DNA from: Octopus vulgaris
Lineage: Eukaryota
NCBI GenBank assembly: GCA_951406725.2
Contig: OX597817.1
Location: 67,332,001-67,396,000, forward strand
Length of the DNA stretch: 64,000 nucleotides
Reading direction: 5' to 3'
Part shown: positions 13,663 through 27,308 of the stretch, one piece after another
Numbering within the stretch: the stretch's first letter is position 1
Layout: each line of letters begins with the position of its first letter
The notes under the pieces: generated by a model
What the model was told of the DNA's origin: nothing
The model's input: the letters and a program-made list of their open reading frames with translations, nothing else
Databases searched by the model: none
Program-made: the position numbers and the translations under genes

Positions 13663-14940
13663 TAAGCTGGCAGAATCTTTAGCACGCCAGGCGAAATGCT
13701 TAGCGGTCTTTCGTGTGCCGCTACGTTCTGAATTCAAATTCCGCCGAGGTCGACTTTGCCTTTCATCCTTCCGGGGTCGATTAAACAAGTATCAGTTACG
13801 CACTGGGGTCGATGTAATCGACTTAATCCCTTTGTATGTCCTTGTTTGTCTCCTCTGTGTTTAGCCCCTTGTGGGTAGTAAAGAAATAGGTATTTCGTTA
13901 GCACGCCAGGCGAAATGCTTAGCGGTCTTTCGTGTGCCGCTACGTTCTGAATTCAAATTCCGCCGAGGTCGACTTTGCCTTTCATCCTTCCGGGGTCGAT
14001 TAAACAAGTATCAGTTACGCACTGGGGTCGATATAATCGACTTAATCCGTTTGCCTGTCCTTGTTTGTCCCTTCTATGTTTAGCTCCTTGTGGGCAATAA
14101 AGAAATAAGAATAGTTAGCACAATGGGTATAACGTTTAGCGACATTTCGTCCGTCCTTACGTTTGGAGTTTAAATTTCGCTAAGGTCGACTTTGTCTTTC
14201 ATTTTTGTGAGGTCGATAAAATAAATACCAGTTGAACTCTGCGATCAATGTCATCGACCTATCCCCTCCCCCGAGCTTGCTGGCCTTGTGGCAAGATTTG
14301 AAGCCAATATAAGGTGGCGTGCTGGTAGAAACGTTAATACGAAATGCTTACGTACTGAGTTCAAATTCTGCCGAGGCGACTTTGCCTTTTATCCTTTCGG
14401 GGTCGATAAATTAAGTACCAGTTCCGTACTGGAGTCGATCTAATCGACTGACCTAGAGTAGAAAAGATTTGAAGCCAATATATTCCAAGACGGTAAACTC
14501 GCAGAGTCGTTAGCACGCTGGGCAAAATACTTAGCGGCACTTTGTCCCGCTTTATGTTCTGAATTCAAATACTGTTTCGATCGATGTTTTGCCTTTCATT
14601 TTTTCGAGAGTCGATAAAATGTATACCAGCTGAGCACTGAGTGTTCATGTAATCAACAAAATTTCAGTGTTTGTGCTTATTGAAGAAAGGATTAATCACT
14701 AATTAAGGATAATGGATAGCCGAATCGCTAGAATGTCAGAAAAATTCTTTAGGGTATTTCAAAATATCTTGAGGTAGTTAGTTACAGCTCAAAACCTCTT
14801 TTGGGCTCAAATACCACCGATGTAAAACTTTGCTTTTCATCCTTCTGGAGTCGCTAAAATAAGTACCAGTTGAGGACGTGGGAAAACTTTATTGACACTG
14901 CTCTTACTTCAAAATTTGTCTTTGTATCTATAAGAAATCC
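13663..14940 (+). mobile_element. Head-to-tail cluster of about six SINE family C copies
   Basis: Repeated (G/A)TTCAAATTCCGCCGAGGTCGACTTTGCCTTTCATCC...GTCGATAAA..AAGTACCAGT units starting near 13665, 13895, 14113, 14315, 14490 and 14712. Confidence 0.85.
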
Positions 14941-15796
14941 ATATTTTATCGATTTCATATTCTTAAAATTTTTTTAAATCCTTTCTTGCTTTCAAGATAT
15001 TATACGAGGACTTGCTGGTATTCGTAGAGAAATACAATCAATAAATTAGGATCTCAAATCCTTTCTATATTTTTTATTTAATCCTAAGTTAGCATTATAC
15101 ACACACACACAAAAGCACAAACATAAATACACACACACATGCTCACACACATTCACATATATCTTTAAACTAACGAGTAAGGTCATCCCTCGGTCATTCG
15201 TCTTGTGCGAAAATGCGTCAATTTTGTTTCCATCCGTGACAATCATGTAGTTAATATAAACATAATTATATTGTTCAGTAGTGTTTTTGTTTTAATACAT
15301 TTAAGACAAAATTATGTGGTTTGAGGCAGATTCGTCTCTTATATCTAGCAGATACACCAGTCACTTAGAATCTCTCCTGTGGTGTGTTGTTAAGATCACT
15401 AACACTATTCTTAATATTGACAGAAGAATTCTGTCCTAATTTCTAAATTCTTCTTGTAGCTAACCATTTTGTCTAATCCGCTAGAGATTATGCAATGTAC
15501 TTAAACCCGATGTACTAACACACGCACTTATACTAGTGGTTGGTCAACATATATTTTTCTATCATTTCCCTATGTAATTTATATTCTACCTATATTAATT
15601 CTTTATGGAAACTTTCTCTATAAACATTGGATTTCTGTTTTATTCCATTTGCGCTAATCTACTGCAATCAATCATCAAATTGTATTAATTTTCACTATTT
15701 TTACGCACAATTTTCATACATCCATTCATTAATTGTAGAAATTCTACTGTTTTCATTCTATGGGACACAATTTATTCTCAGGGTGCTTTTTTTCTC

Positions 15797-16155
15797 CGCA
15801 GGCGCGGCTGTGTGGTACGAAGCTTGCTTCCCAACCACATGGTTCCGAGTTCAGTCCTACTGCGTAACACTTTGGGTAAGTATTTTCTACTATAGCCTCG
15901 GGCCGACCAAAACCTGAAGACTGTCGTATATAAATGCATGTCTATGTGTGCGTCTTTGCGTTTGTGTTAGTCCTCCCCACTCCGCTTGACAACCGGTGTT
16001 AGTGTGTTTATATCGCCGTTACATAACGGTCGGCAAAAGAGTACAAGGATTAAAAAAGTAAGTCATGGGGTCCATTTGTTCGACTAAAGCACTCCAAGGC
16101 GGTGCTCCAGCATGGTCGCAATCAAATGACTGAAACAAGTAAAAGAATAAAAGAA
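15797..16155 (+). mobile_element. SINE family B, diverged
   Basis: Same head and tail as 7496-7910. Confidence 0.85.
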
Positions 16156-16628
16156 TGTTACTTAAAACTTCAAACTTCAAATCTGATTCTCATATCATAC
16201 ATAACCTTGTATCTGACCCTATGTCAACTGTTGTTGGTTTGTTTGAGAATCAAGAACTAACGCCGAGATACAACAAAAGGGATATGAAGAGAGAAAAGGA
16301 CGTGAATTCGTGACTCTAGGGGTGGATGGATGTGTGGGTGGACACACCACTCCTATTTATACTTTCGGACAAATAACCGTTATTTAAACATCTGGAGGTG
16401 ACAAACCAATCTCACGTAGACAGAAGTCAATATGGGCTGTGACTGGTTAACAACAACCAATGAGATGTCAAAGAAAAGGTCAGTCACATTCAAGCTGAAA
16501 GTAAAGTTATGTTTTGAGCCGATCCTATCAGCAAAATTCATAGTGAACCAATGTCGTCATCGCAATTCACTTCACATAAGACTAGGAGACATTTGGCAGT
16601 ATATTAATGTGGATGTAGCGATAAGGTA

Positions 16629-16688
<60 letters not shown>

Positions 16689-17358
16689 CATATATAGTAA
16701 ATCCCCAAAAAGAAGAACAAACGCAAAAAAATAAACCATAAATAGTTACAACAGATAAATGATTTTATTCAACGGCCGTTTCGCAGCCTTTTCATGTAAT
16801 AATAATTTCTGTGTACACTGAATAACATTTACATGTTTGCATTAATATGCCTGCAGCAAATTATATAATACAATTGCAATGTGTAATGCGCATGCATATT
16901 AATGCAAACACGTGAACATTACTTATTTAACACAAATTCACTCATAACGCTTTGGTAGGCCTGGGTTTATTATAGAATACATTTGCCCAAGCTGCTAAGC
17001 ATCGGAAACATGTAGTTGGAAAGCAAACTTCTTACCACACAGCCACGCCTGCGCCATAAACTATGTTAGCATAATATCTGGGTGCTGTACTTCATATTTG
17101 GACAATGGTTTTCGTTTTTTTTCCTACATAACATTAGTTACTTTTTCATTTCTTATTCATTTGCGCTTCAGTAATATGACTGCAGCCATGTTTGGGCAAC
17201 ACCGTGAAGGACTTTCCTTTAGTCGATCAGATCGGCCTCACTAATTATTTTAAGTTTAGTACTTACTCTAACAAACTCGTTCTTTTTTTTACCGAACTGC
17301 TAGGTTATGGGCATGTAAAGAAACCCACCCTGGTTACCAGCCATTGGCGCACATATGC

Positions 17359-17413
<55 letters not shown>

Positions 17414-17613
17414 AGTGTGTGTGTGTCTGTGAAAATAACTTTATACAGTTTTTAAATTTAAATGGGATTAAAAAAAATATTTTAAAAAAAGTTATGAAAT
17501 CTTTTATCAGGATGTTACTAACCTTTTTTGGAAGAAGTTTTTTTGTAGTGTGTGATCGCTTTCAGTTAACCTTTTCAAACACACGTGTCCTCAGTTAACG
17601 TATGAAAGAGGAA

Positions 17614-17664
<51 letters not shown>

Positions 17665-18834
17665 TCTAGTATATATATAAAAGTGAAGTTGTGTGAGTGT
17701 CTGTCTCCTACGATTTAGATTCCTAACTACTCCCACATTTTGCGGTGCAGTTTAACCAAAAGCGGGTATCTTATAGTCGTGATTCATATCGAGCCCTTCT
17801 GGGTATTAGCGTGCGTCTACCATGAGTCTACGATTTAAAAAAAAAATTACCATCAATTTTTCCCATTTTTGGCATATATAAGGGAAGTAACTCTCTAAAA
17901 ATTTATTATTAAATCTCAGAACGTAAAAAGATACAGTAACACCCTCCCCCTTTGTGGTTAGCCATATTAAGATGGCTATTATACTTTACATCTCTAAAAA
18001 TGCATATATAGTTATTTCATCCTTACAAACCCGAGCAACGCCGGGCGATACTACTAGTCTTTATATATAAAAGTGAAGTTGTGTGTCTGTCTCCTACGAT
18101 TTAGATTCCTAACTACTCCCACATTTTGCGGTGCAGTGTAACCAAAAGTGGTTATCTTATAGTCGTGATTCATATCGAGCCCTTCTGGGTATTAGCGCGT
18201 GTCTACGATGAGTCTACGATTTAAAAAAAAATTACCATCAATTTTTCCCATTTTTGGCATATATAAGGGAAGTAACTCTCTAAAAATTTATTATTAAATC
18301 TCAGAACGTAAAAAGATACAGTAACACCCTCCCTTTGTGGTTAGCCATATTAAGATGGCTATTATACTTTACATCTCTAAAAATGCATATATAGTTATTT
18401 CCCTTACAAACCCGAGCAACGCCGGGCGATACTGCTAGTCTTTATATATAAAAGTGAAGTTGTGTGTCTGTCTCCTACGATTTAGATTCCTAACTACTCC
18501 CACATTTTGCGGTGCAGTGTAACCAAAAGTGGTCATCTTATAGTCGTGATTCATATCGAGCCCTTCTGGGTATTAGCGCGTGTCTACGATGAGTACGATT
18601 TTTAAAAAAATTACCATCATTTTTTCCCATTTTTAATGCATTTTTTTGCTATTATATAAGGGAAGTAACTCTCTAAAAATGTATTATTAAATCTCAGAAT
18701 GTAAAAAGCTACAGTAACACCCCCCCCCCCTTTGTGGTTAGCCATATTGAGATGGCTATTATACTTTACATCTCTAAAAATGCTTATATAGTTATTTCCC
18801 TTACAAACCCGAGCAACGCCGGGCGATACTGCTA

Positions 18835-18835
<1 letters not shown>
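17665..18835 (+). mobile_element. Three tandem copies (~380-395 bp) of a non-autonomous Helitron
   Basis: Each unit runs TC..TATATATAAAAG to a subterminal hairpin CCCGAGCAACGCCGGG and a CTAG end. Junctions CTAG|TC at 18057/18058 and 18438/18439; the last CTAG is followed by T. Confidence 0.88.
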
Positions 18836-18908
<73 letters not shown>

Positions 18909-19084
18909 GAAATATGTTTCAAAAAGAAAATAGAAACTACACGCGGAAAAGGTACGGAGAAAGTAAGAAGAGAAAAAAGCGAAAATACACGTTAGATATC
19001 AGAAAAATAAAGGCTTTTTTGTTTAATGAAAAGTACAATTAGATGAACTGATGTAGAATTAAGAGGAATAAAAGTTATTGTGAA

Positions 19085-20170
19085 TTATTGAAGGGATTCA
19101 AAGTCAGGTGGGGGCATGTGTCACAGTTAGGCCGACCGCATTTTTTCACTTTTGGTTCCGTTATTAATGGATATAGTCTTGCGTTGGTTAATATTTTTTT
19201 CAATGATTTCGGTTGCATTTTACTCTTGATAATTTTGTGTGAGCCTAAGATTTTCTTCATTATTTTATCTTTTGTGAGAATGGGTAGATTTTCGATGATA
19301 ATGTTGAAGGCTTCATTGTTTCTAGGGTTATGTGTAGAGTGGTATGGGAGTATTTTAAAGTCAGGTGTAGTATTTCGGTTAACTTCCCCTAATATTCGTA
19401 TATCTGTTTCCTTTGCCCGTCTAATCCCATCATTTATTAATGATGTTGGGTAATGTCTCTTGATTAGTTTTGATCTGAGTTCAAGGAGTCTTCGTTCACG
19501 AGTATTATTGTCTGAAACTATGGTGCAGATTCTTTTCGCTAGATTATAGCGTATATTAGTTTTTATGTGTTTGGGGTGGCATGAGTTGAATAATAGGTAT
19601 TGTTTTTAATCTGTGGGTTTATAGACGATGTCTGTTTCGATGTGGTTATTGACTATTTTAATTAGGATGTCAAGAAAAAGGAGTTTTTTGTTGCTGCGTT
19701 CCATGGTGAATTGTATGCTGCTATTGATATTGTTGAGCATTATTTTGAAATCGAAGAGTTTGTCCATGCTATCTTTCCAAAGTATAAAGCAAATCATCTA
19801 AATACCTCTTCCAGTTCTCCTTTAAATAGCAATGAAATGAGGTGCCATATTTTTGTAGTGATGATTAGTATATTTTAAGATCTAGATAACCCATTACAAG
19901 ATTCGCAATCACTGGAGCAGATCGGGTTCCCATTGCAATTCCACATTTTTGTTGATAATAAACTGTATTGAACATGAAATAGTTGTTCAGTAGGATGAAT
20001 TTAAGTGCTGCGATTATGAATCTGTGGTTGATGCATCCTGGAACCTCTCCTGGGTATTTTTCTAGTCAGAAGGTAATTGCTTGTATACCATAGTCGTGTG
20101 GGATATTGGTGTACAATTTCACCACATCGAATGTTACTAACAAGGTTCCTTCATTTATTGTCTTTGGGTG

Positions 20171-20173
<3 letters not shown>
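19085..20173 (-). pseudogene. Penelope-like element reverse transcriptase fragment with stops and frameshifts
   Basis: TFDVVKLYTNIPH, GIAMGTRSAPVIANLVMG, WKRYLDD, IQFTME..FLDI, YKPTD..SCHPKH and CGRPNCDTC. Bounded by (TA)n. Confidence 0.9.
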
Positions 20174-20236
<63 letters not shown>

Positions 20237-20492
20237 AAATATAAGGATAAAATCTATATAATAATTAATCAAGTAGCCAGCGTGAAAAACCACTTAAGGG
20301 TAAAATTTATACAAAATATATAATCATTTCTTTTAAATATGAATACATTCATTATATTAAGGGCTATTACTTCACGTAAATGATTCAGGCTGTAAGGGAC
20401 TCTTAAAATCAATACTACTTTAATAAATATACACGGTACTGAAAAAAGAGGAAGGTAACTTGGAAGTCGCCTCTTAAAAATAGATTTAGTCG

Positions 20493-20548
<56 letters not shown>

Positions 20549-20559
20549 AAATAATTAAT

Positions 20560-20800
20560 AAATACGCCCTTTTAAAGCCTAGCCAGGCTCATGGGCTCGG
20601 TTTCAGTGGCATATGTGTTCCCCAGCTGGAAGGGACGCCAGTCCATCGCAGCGTTACTCATTTTTGCTCGCTGAGAGGACTGGAGCAACGTGAAATGAAG
20701 CGTTTTGCTCAAGAACACGGCGCATCGCCTGGTCCAGGAATCGAAACCACAATCTTACGATCATGATGCTGACACCCTAACAGCTAAGCCACGCGCCTCC
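20560..20800 (-). mobile_element. tRNA-derived SINE family D
   Basis: Reverse complement of the copy at 38744-38990; box B GGTTTCGATTCC. Confidence 0.85.
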
Positions 20801-20876
20801 ACACACACACACACACATATATATATATACATACATACATTGATTGATAGATAGATATTTATATACACACTCACAT

Positions 20877-20970
<94 letters not shown>

Positions 20971-21179
20971 GACGGACTTTCGTACAGTTTCTGTCTATGA
21001 AAATCATTCATATGGCATTGGTCAGCTTTGAACAGTAGTAGATGACGCCCAGCAACAAAATTTGCTAAGGGTGTGCAAACCCAGGTCCTAATTTTTTTTA
21101 TGAAAGATGTGGATTTTTCCAATCTTAACATTAAAACAAATGCAGGTATGATAAATTTTTCTTATTATGAGGGTCGGCT

Positions 21180-21665
21180 GGGATCTTTTCCTTTTGAACG
21201 GCACATGTCAACACAATTTCTAGTTAACTAAACACTTTAAAACTTCGTATACTGGTTGAATGTGTCAAAATAAAACATTTTTTTCTCTTGGCTTTCTTGA
21301 TAGAATTGTAATTCGTTTGTTTAACGTAGTTTAATTTTTCGAATTTTAAGCAATGAATCGCCTCTAATTGAGCTAAAATCACTTACTGCGTCTAAAACTG
21401 AGACAACATCCTGTCACTAACCCTAAACCTCACCCTAACCCTAACCCTAATTTTTTTTTCTTAATTGTTAAATTAATTTAATTGTTACGCGTGTAAAAAA
21501 AAACGGAAGGCTAAAACGAAAGCAATGGAAAATAATTTAAACAATTAACAAACAAAATAATTCTATAATTTTATACACACGCTTTCCGTACGTATACGGA
21601 AAGCGTGTGTTACGGAAAGCGTGTGTATAAAATTATAGAATTATTTTGTTTGTTAATTGTTTAAA
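21180..21665. mobile_element. Non-autonomous element fragment with internal (CCCTAA)n-like repeats, ending in a long palindrome
   Basis: ctaaccctaa units at 21417-21450; perfect 55-bp inverted arms 21536-21590/21611-21665. Confidence 0.55.
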
Positions 21666-21747
21666 GGAAGTTAGGAAAGAAAAGAATGAAAAGTGAAAAG
21701 ATAAACTGGGGATCTGAAATGAGTACTAGGCAGGAAATTGGCCCCTG

Positions 21748-21929
21748 TCCCGGTGGCACGTAAAAACAGCACCCACTACACACTCAGAGTGGTTGGCATT
21801 AGGAAGGGCATCCAGCTCTAGAAACACTGCCAGATCAGACTGGAGCCTGGTGCAGCCTCCTGGCTTCCCAGGCCCCAGTCGAACCATTCAACCTATTCCA
21901 GCATGGAAAATGGACATTAAACGATGATG
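21748..21929 (+). mobile_element. SINE/RTE-related 3' fragment
   Basis: GGTTGGCATTAGGAAGGGCATCCAGC block and a tail ending GGACATTAAACGATGATG, typical of RTE-associated SINE ends. Confidence 0.55.
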
Positions 21930-22364
21930 TCTTACCTATGCACTGGTCAAGTAGAAAAACGATGAGTGACAAAAAATTGGATTGTCTTTTGGTACCAAAA
22001 AAGTGAAGAAAGAGAGTAGAGAAGGTTAGGGAAGAGCAAGTAGGAAGAAAGAGAGAGTGCGGAGAAATAAGGGAATAAAGATAGCCAGTAGGTAGTTGAC
22101 AGAGATGGACAGAGGAAGAAACGGAAGGCAGTAAAGAGAGAAAAGCAACAGAGAGGTAGATAGAGGGGAGAGGAGAAGGACAGAGAAATAGATAGAAAAG
22201 AGAGACAGTCTTGCACAAAATATTGAACACTGCGTAGGGTACCACTGAGTGGGAACAGAAGTGAGTGTGTGACATTACATTGACTAACAGACCTAAAATA
22301 CTGCACAGAAAGTCAACAAACACACATATATAATGATAAAGGAAATTGTTGTATACAGTGCTCA

Positions 22365-23060
22365 GGAATTTGGAAAATCCTAGGAACTTACTAGTAAGTT
22401 TCGGACGAAAATTCTTGGAACTTCCCAGGAAGTTTTTGATCAAATTTCCAGGAAGTTAGAAAATCCTCGAAACTTTCCAGGAATTTCCGACCAAATTCCG
22501 CGGAAGTTAGAAAATCCTCGGAACTTTCCAGGACCTTTTCGACCAAATTTCCAGGAAGTTAGAAAACCACGGAACTTTCCATGAAGTTTTCAACAAGATT
22601 TCCCGGAAGTTAGAAAATCCTCGGAACTTCCCACTAAGTTTTCGACAAAATTTCCAGGAAGTTAGAAAATCCTCGGCACTTTCCAGGGAGTTTTCCACCA
22701 AACTTCCAGGAATTTAGAAAATCCTCGGAACTTCCTAGAAAATTTTCGACCAAAGTTCCCGGAAGTTAGAAAATTCCTCGGTACTTTCCAGGAAATTTTC
22801 GACGAAAGTTCCCGAAAGTTAGAATATACTCGGAATTTCCGGAATATACTAGGAAGTTTTCGACGAAATTACCAGGTATTTAGAAAATCCTCGGAACCTC
22901 CCAGGTAGTTTTCAACCAAACTTCCCGGGAGTTAGAAAATCCTCGGAATTTCCCAACAACTTTTCTACGAAATTTCCCAGAAGTTAAAAAACTCTCGGAA
23001 CTTCCCAGGAAGTTTTCGACCAAATTTCAATGAAGTTATAAAATCCTCGGAACTTCTTAG
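22365..23060. repeat. Minisatellite, unit ~51-52 bp, about 13 copies
   Basis: GGAAGTTAGAAAA recurs at 22451, 22502, 22554, 22605 and onward; the unit continues (t)cc(t)cggaact..cc.ggaa.ttttcgac.aaattt. Confidence 0.95.
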
Positions 23061-23062
23061 AC

Positions 23063-23905
23063 AAGCCCGCGCCCGTTCGGATGGCCAAGTTCTGAACCCA
23101 TTCCAGGTGCTGAATGTCTTTCTGGAGATATGGGTTTGAGGTATGGATGTAATATTCGAGGATGGGTCAAACTAGAGTGATATATACAGGCCAAATGACT
23201 CCACTGAAAGGTTAGCAAAGGATCGGTGGATGAAGAAAAAATTCCTTCTGGCTTTGTTCACCGCCTCGATACCCTACCGTGGTAGTTTGAAAGTAGTATC
23301 GATCATTATGCTGAGATCCTTTTCTTCAGTGACCATCTTTAGATGTTGATGTTTGTGGCCAATAGTCAAGGGTGAGTTTGTAGGTGAACCTATTGGCAAA
23401 TGGCTGCATTTTGAGGCGTTCACGTTCAGATTCCATTCTTCCGCCCAATTCCAAGCTCGGTTCAGCGACAATTGGGGTATGTCGTATTGATTCCTAGGCG
23501 AGACAAGTTTGACGTCGTCTGCAAATAGGAGAACTCTTCCATCAAGAAAATCTGGCAGGTCGTTGATATAGAGAAGGAAAAGTATTGTCCCCAGCACCGG
23601 CCCCTGAGGAACGCCGCTGTATGCATTCGTCTCCGCGGAGAGATCTCCATTTATCTGCACCCAAAAGGTTCGATAGCTCAGGAAGGAAGAAATCCACAAA
23701 GTCAACAATGGATGAATCTTGAATGCTCGAAGTTTGCGCAAGAGACGTCAGTGATTAACGGAGTCAAACGCCTTTGCGAAGTCCAATAATACCACGTCCA
23801 CCAAGTCTTTTTCATCCATGGTCCTTGTAATCCATTCTTCAAGAAGGAGAAGATTTGTTAGGCAAGATCTTCGGGGTAGAAATCCATGCTGCGAGTCGGA
23901 TATTT
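23063..23905 (-). pseudogene. CR1-group LINE reverse transcriptase fragment
   Basis: QHGFLPRRSCLTNLL, LDFAKAFDSVNH*, SGVPQGPVLG..FLLYINDL and LFADDVKL; in-frame stops. Confidence 0.92.
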
Positions 23906-25246
23906 CTTTGTACCATATACAGATAATTGTATAATGCTTTGGTTGGAAATAGCTGTGGGAATGACATGAACATTGTGAATAAAAACAAAGTCGAGTATGC
24001 TATTTTCCCCTAATTGGACAGGTAATAATTTGTTGTATGGGAAAGTCTTTTGTTGTATCGAGGAAAGGGTCCATATCCCTCCGCATCAGTTGCTTAGTTC
24101 CAGGCAGGATATAATCCTCGGACCAGCTAAGATTAGTAAAATTAAAGACCCTTGTTAAAAGCAAATTAGCCTGTGTGCTGGCCTCAGCTAGGGTTAGATT
24201 TATGAGTAAAAAAAAGCACCTCTGAAGTGATCTTTGTAGTTAACTGCGTCAGGATGACGGTAGGTAATGCTTTTAATATCATTTCCTTATATAAATTAGT
24301 CTGAAATTGCTGAATACATTTCTTTGCAAATTAGGTAATTTCGTGGTTGGTCTGCAATCAATTATAGTCAAATGTTTCCTTTCTAAATCTTTTTTTTTAT
24401 TATTATTAAACTAGACTAGTATTTCGAATGAGCAATAAGTATCAAAGCATTTAACAATGATCATTAAATATCAAAGAGAAAAATAAATCATTTTGTTCCC
24501 TTGTCAAACTTTAGACCTTACAACCTAAATGAGAAAACCGATATGACTAAATTTTTAAAGGGCTTTTATATTTAGGCTGAGGTCAAACAGTCGAATCCAT
24601 TCAACCATGTCGTCGGTCTTTAGCAACATCAACTACAAAGAACTTGAGAGAGGTGACAGACTGAGAGAGGACAAGAGCCTTCACACATTTTCAGCATTGC
24701 AAGATTTAGGAGTTATTTTTGTCAGAATAGAGCTGTCTTCAAGAATCCAAGTAATGCTATGTATTGAAAAGTAGCCGTAGATGCTGGTCATATTGTTGTT
24801 CTTGTTGTTTGCTGCTACTGTTGTTGTTGTCACATACTTTTTATTTTGACGCTACTTTGCTTCAGAAGCTGGTTAGTCATAAATTCCCTTGGGAATTTTA
24901 AGCCCAGCTACATCACTTTTATTTATTTATTTTTGTTCTTTGTTTTTGCTTTGAAACGAAATCTAGTTTCAAGCATCTTGTACAGATAATTTTTTAGACA
25001 CTATTTTCTGAAACTGGTAAAATTATGTAGGGGGTGCAAATTTTGATCTTGCACCACCTGAGGTGCATTCCAAGGGGTGCAGATGCACCCGCTGCACTCC
25101 CTGGTCCCGGGCCCTTGCTGCCTGGATGCTGCACAGTGGAGACTGGACTCGAAATAACGTGATTGCAAATCGAACTTTTTAACCACACAGCCATGCCTAT
25201 GTCACTCTCTCTCTTTCATTCTTTCTTTCTCTCTCTCTCTTTCTCC

Positions 25247-25281
<35 letters not shown>

Positions 25282-26496
25282 CCTCTCTCTCATTATATAT
25301 GATCCACATGTTAATATGTCTAATCTTTTTCCCCTACTTAGCCTCTGTTTGAGTAGTAATTTTAACGTTCTGAAATATTTGTTTCTAGAAAGTTATTTTA
25401 TATCAGTTCCCCTTATCTTATCTATCTCTCTTATACTTAAGTATTTTTAGCTTAATCTATCAGCCATTTTTATGAATTCCTCTTTTGCTAATTGTATCCT
25501 AGCACTTCCCTTTATCTTTCCTGTTTACATTAATAAACCACCATACTACTTTAATTTTATATTCCACCATACCATCTTCATTACGTACATATATTGCTTG
25601 CACGAAAAAAATCTATTTAGTCTTCATTCTGTTACGAACAGTTTCAAATCATCCATAAATGCATGAGGTTTTGCTGTCTCTGCTGCCTACTGTGTATCAA
25701 TATCAATGCAGCATCAGCATGTCTGTGTGATTAAGAAAATCACTTCACCACTATATAGTTCCAGGTTCGACCTTACGACACAGTATTTTGGGAAAGAACA
25801 TTGTGTCGTAACCTCGGTTTGACTAGTAATTTCTATGAATGAAGATTGTACAGAAACTGTGTATAAGCTTGCTGAGGATTCCTTTCTTTTCTCTGAGTGA
25901 AAGATGTAACCGTCACCCTGTTTAACATCACCGCTGGGTCCCTTAATGGTAATGGCTTTAGTCGAGTTAACTGTGTTGCAAGCATTCGGGATTGGTCTTT
26001 CACAATCCAGTTGGCGGCAGTGGGTAGCGATGGAATTTTAGCATGGTATTTGCCCTTTTTCATTATAGCTAAGAATAATGTAGAATGCTGTTTTATAAAC
26101 GATACAGTTTATTAGTGTATTAGTTCTTGTAACCACGGAGTATTAATACACTAAACATTAATTGACCCTTGATATGTTTATAATACATTTATTCTCCGCT
26201 TGGTATATCACTGCTCAAGTAGTTTTTGTATACATACATACATACATACATACATACATACATACATACACACCCTCACTATGAAAATATCTTTGTATGA
26301 TATTAGCTATAAACTTATCAATGACTTGGTCATTATTGTTTGTGTCGTCGTAGCTTGAGTCGCTCATTCTGGCAAAAGATATATCTTCGACATAGCATAT
26401 ACTATAAATAAGTTGAAAAATAAAAAGGATTACACAAGAAGGACAAGGACTGGCAAATACGATATTAACTTAACGCTTTCCTGGAAGGAGAAAGTG

Positions 26497-26532
26497 TCTC
26501 AACGCTTCGGACGTTAGTCCTTCATCAGAAGA
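26497..26532 (-). ncRNA. Minimal Penelope-type hammerhead motif, probably inactivated
   Basis: Minus strand reads TCTT-CTGATGA-A-GGAC-taac-GTCC-GAAG-CGTT-GAGA; GAAG replaces GAAA. Confidence 0.6.
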
Positions 26533-26588
26533 AAGAGAAAAAGCAGAGTGAGTGAGAGTAATAGTCAGTAAGATAAGAGAGAAGGAGG

Positions 26589-26623
<35 letters not shown>

Positions 26624-27308
26624 GGAGAGAAAGAAAGAAAAGAAACTGAACAAAAAGTTAGAAACCATTTCCCCCTAAATAGCAAAAGGTAAATATCATG
26701 CCCGACACCTCTAATTGACACTGACGGTAGGGTGTGGTTTGAAGAATATTTGGCCGCTACTTTCAGCATGATAAGTAGTTACGTAGATGTTGACTCGTTG
26801 GTTGGTAATCTGGCTGTTGTTTGTTTTGTTATATTTGATGTTGTTCTTGTTGCTGGTGTTACTGTTATAGTTATATTTAGCTCCAAGTGGGCACCTTTTC
26901 GAGCACTGTACTTCAGCTTTGATCATTCAGTTTTTTCTCCATGAATAAAGTGTTTTCTCCGCCGGTCTCAACGATTAATACTTATTTGTTCGACCAACTG
27001 AATTAAAACTGATGAAAAAAACATGTGAGTGGTTGAGTATTCCGTCGATAATTGTATATTTAATGCAGTTCTCAGTTCGAATCATAATGACTCAGTGCGA
27101 CCAGGCTGGAGCTTTGAATGGCAGTAACAAATTCAGAGAGGAAAACCAGATCAGAGACAGAGGTAGAGAGACAGAAAGACAGAGAGAAAATTAATCAACC
27201 AAGTCACCTAATAGAATGAAAAGCAAAGTTGACTCCGGCAGAATTTGAACTCCGAACGCAGAAAGAAGAAGCGGGCACCCTACCATACCACAAGACATTA
27301 ATTCTGAC

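Noticed and set aside
22365-23060. CRISPR-like array
   Set aside because: The units are wholly repeated with no unique spacers; eukaryotic context and no cas genes.
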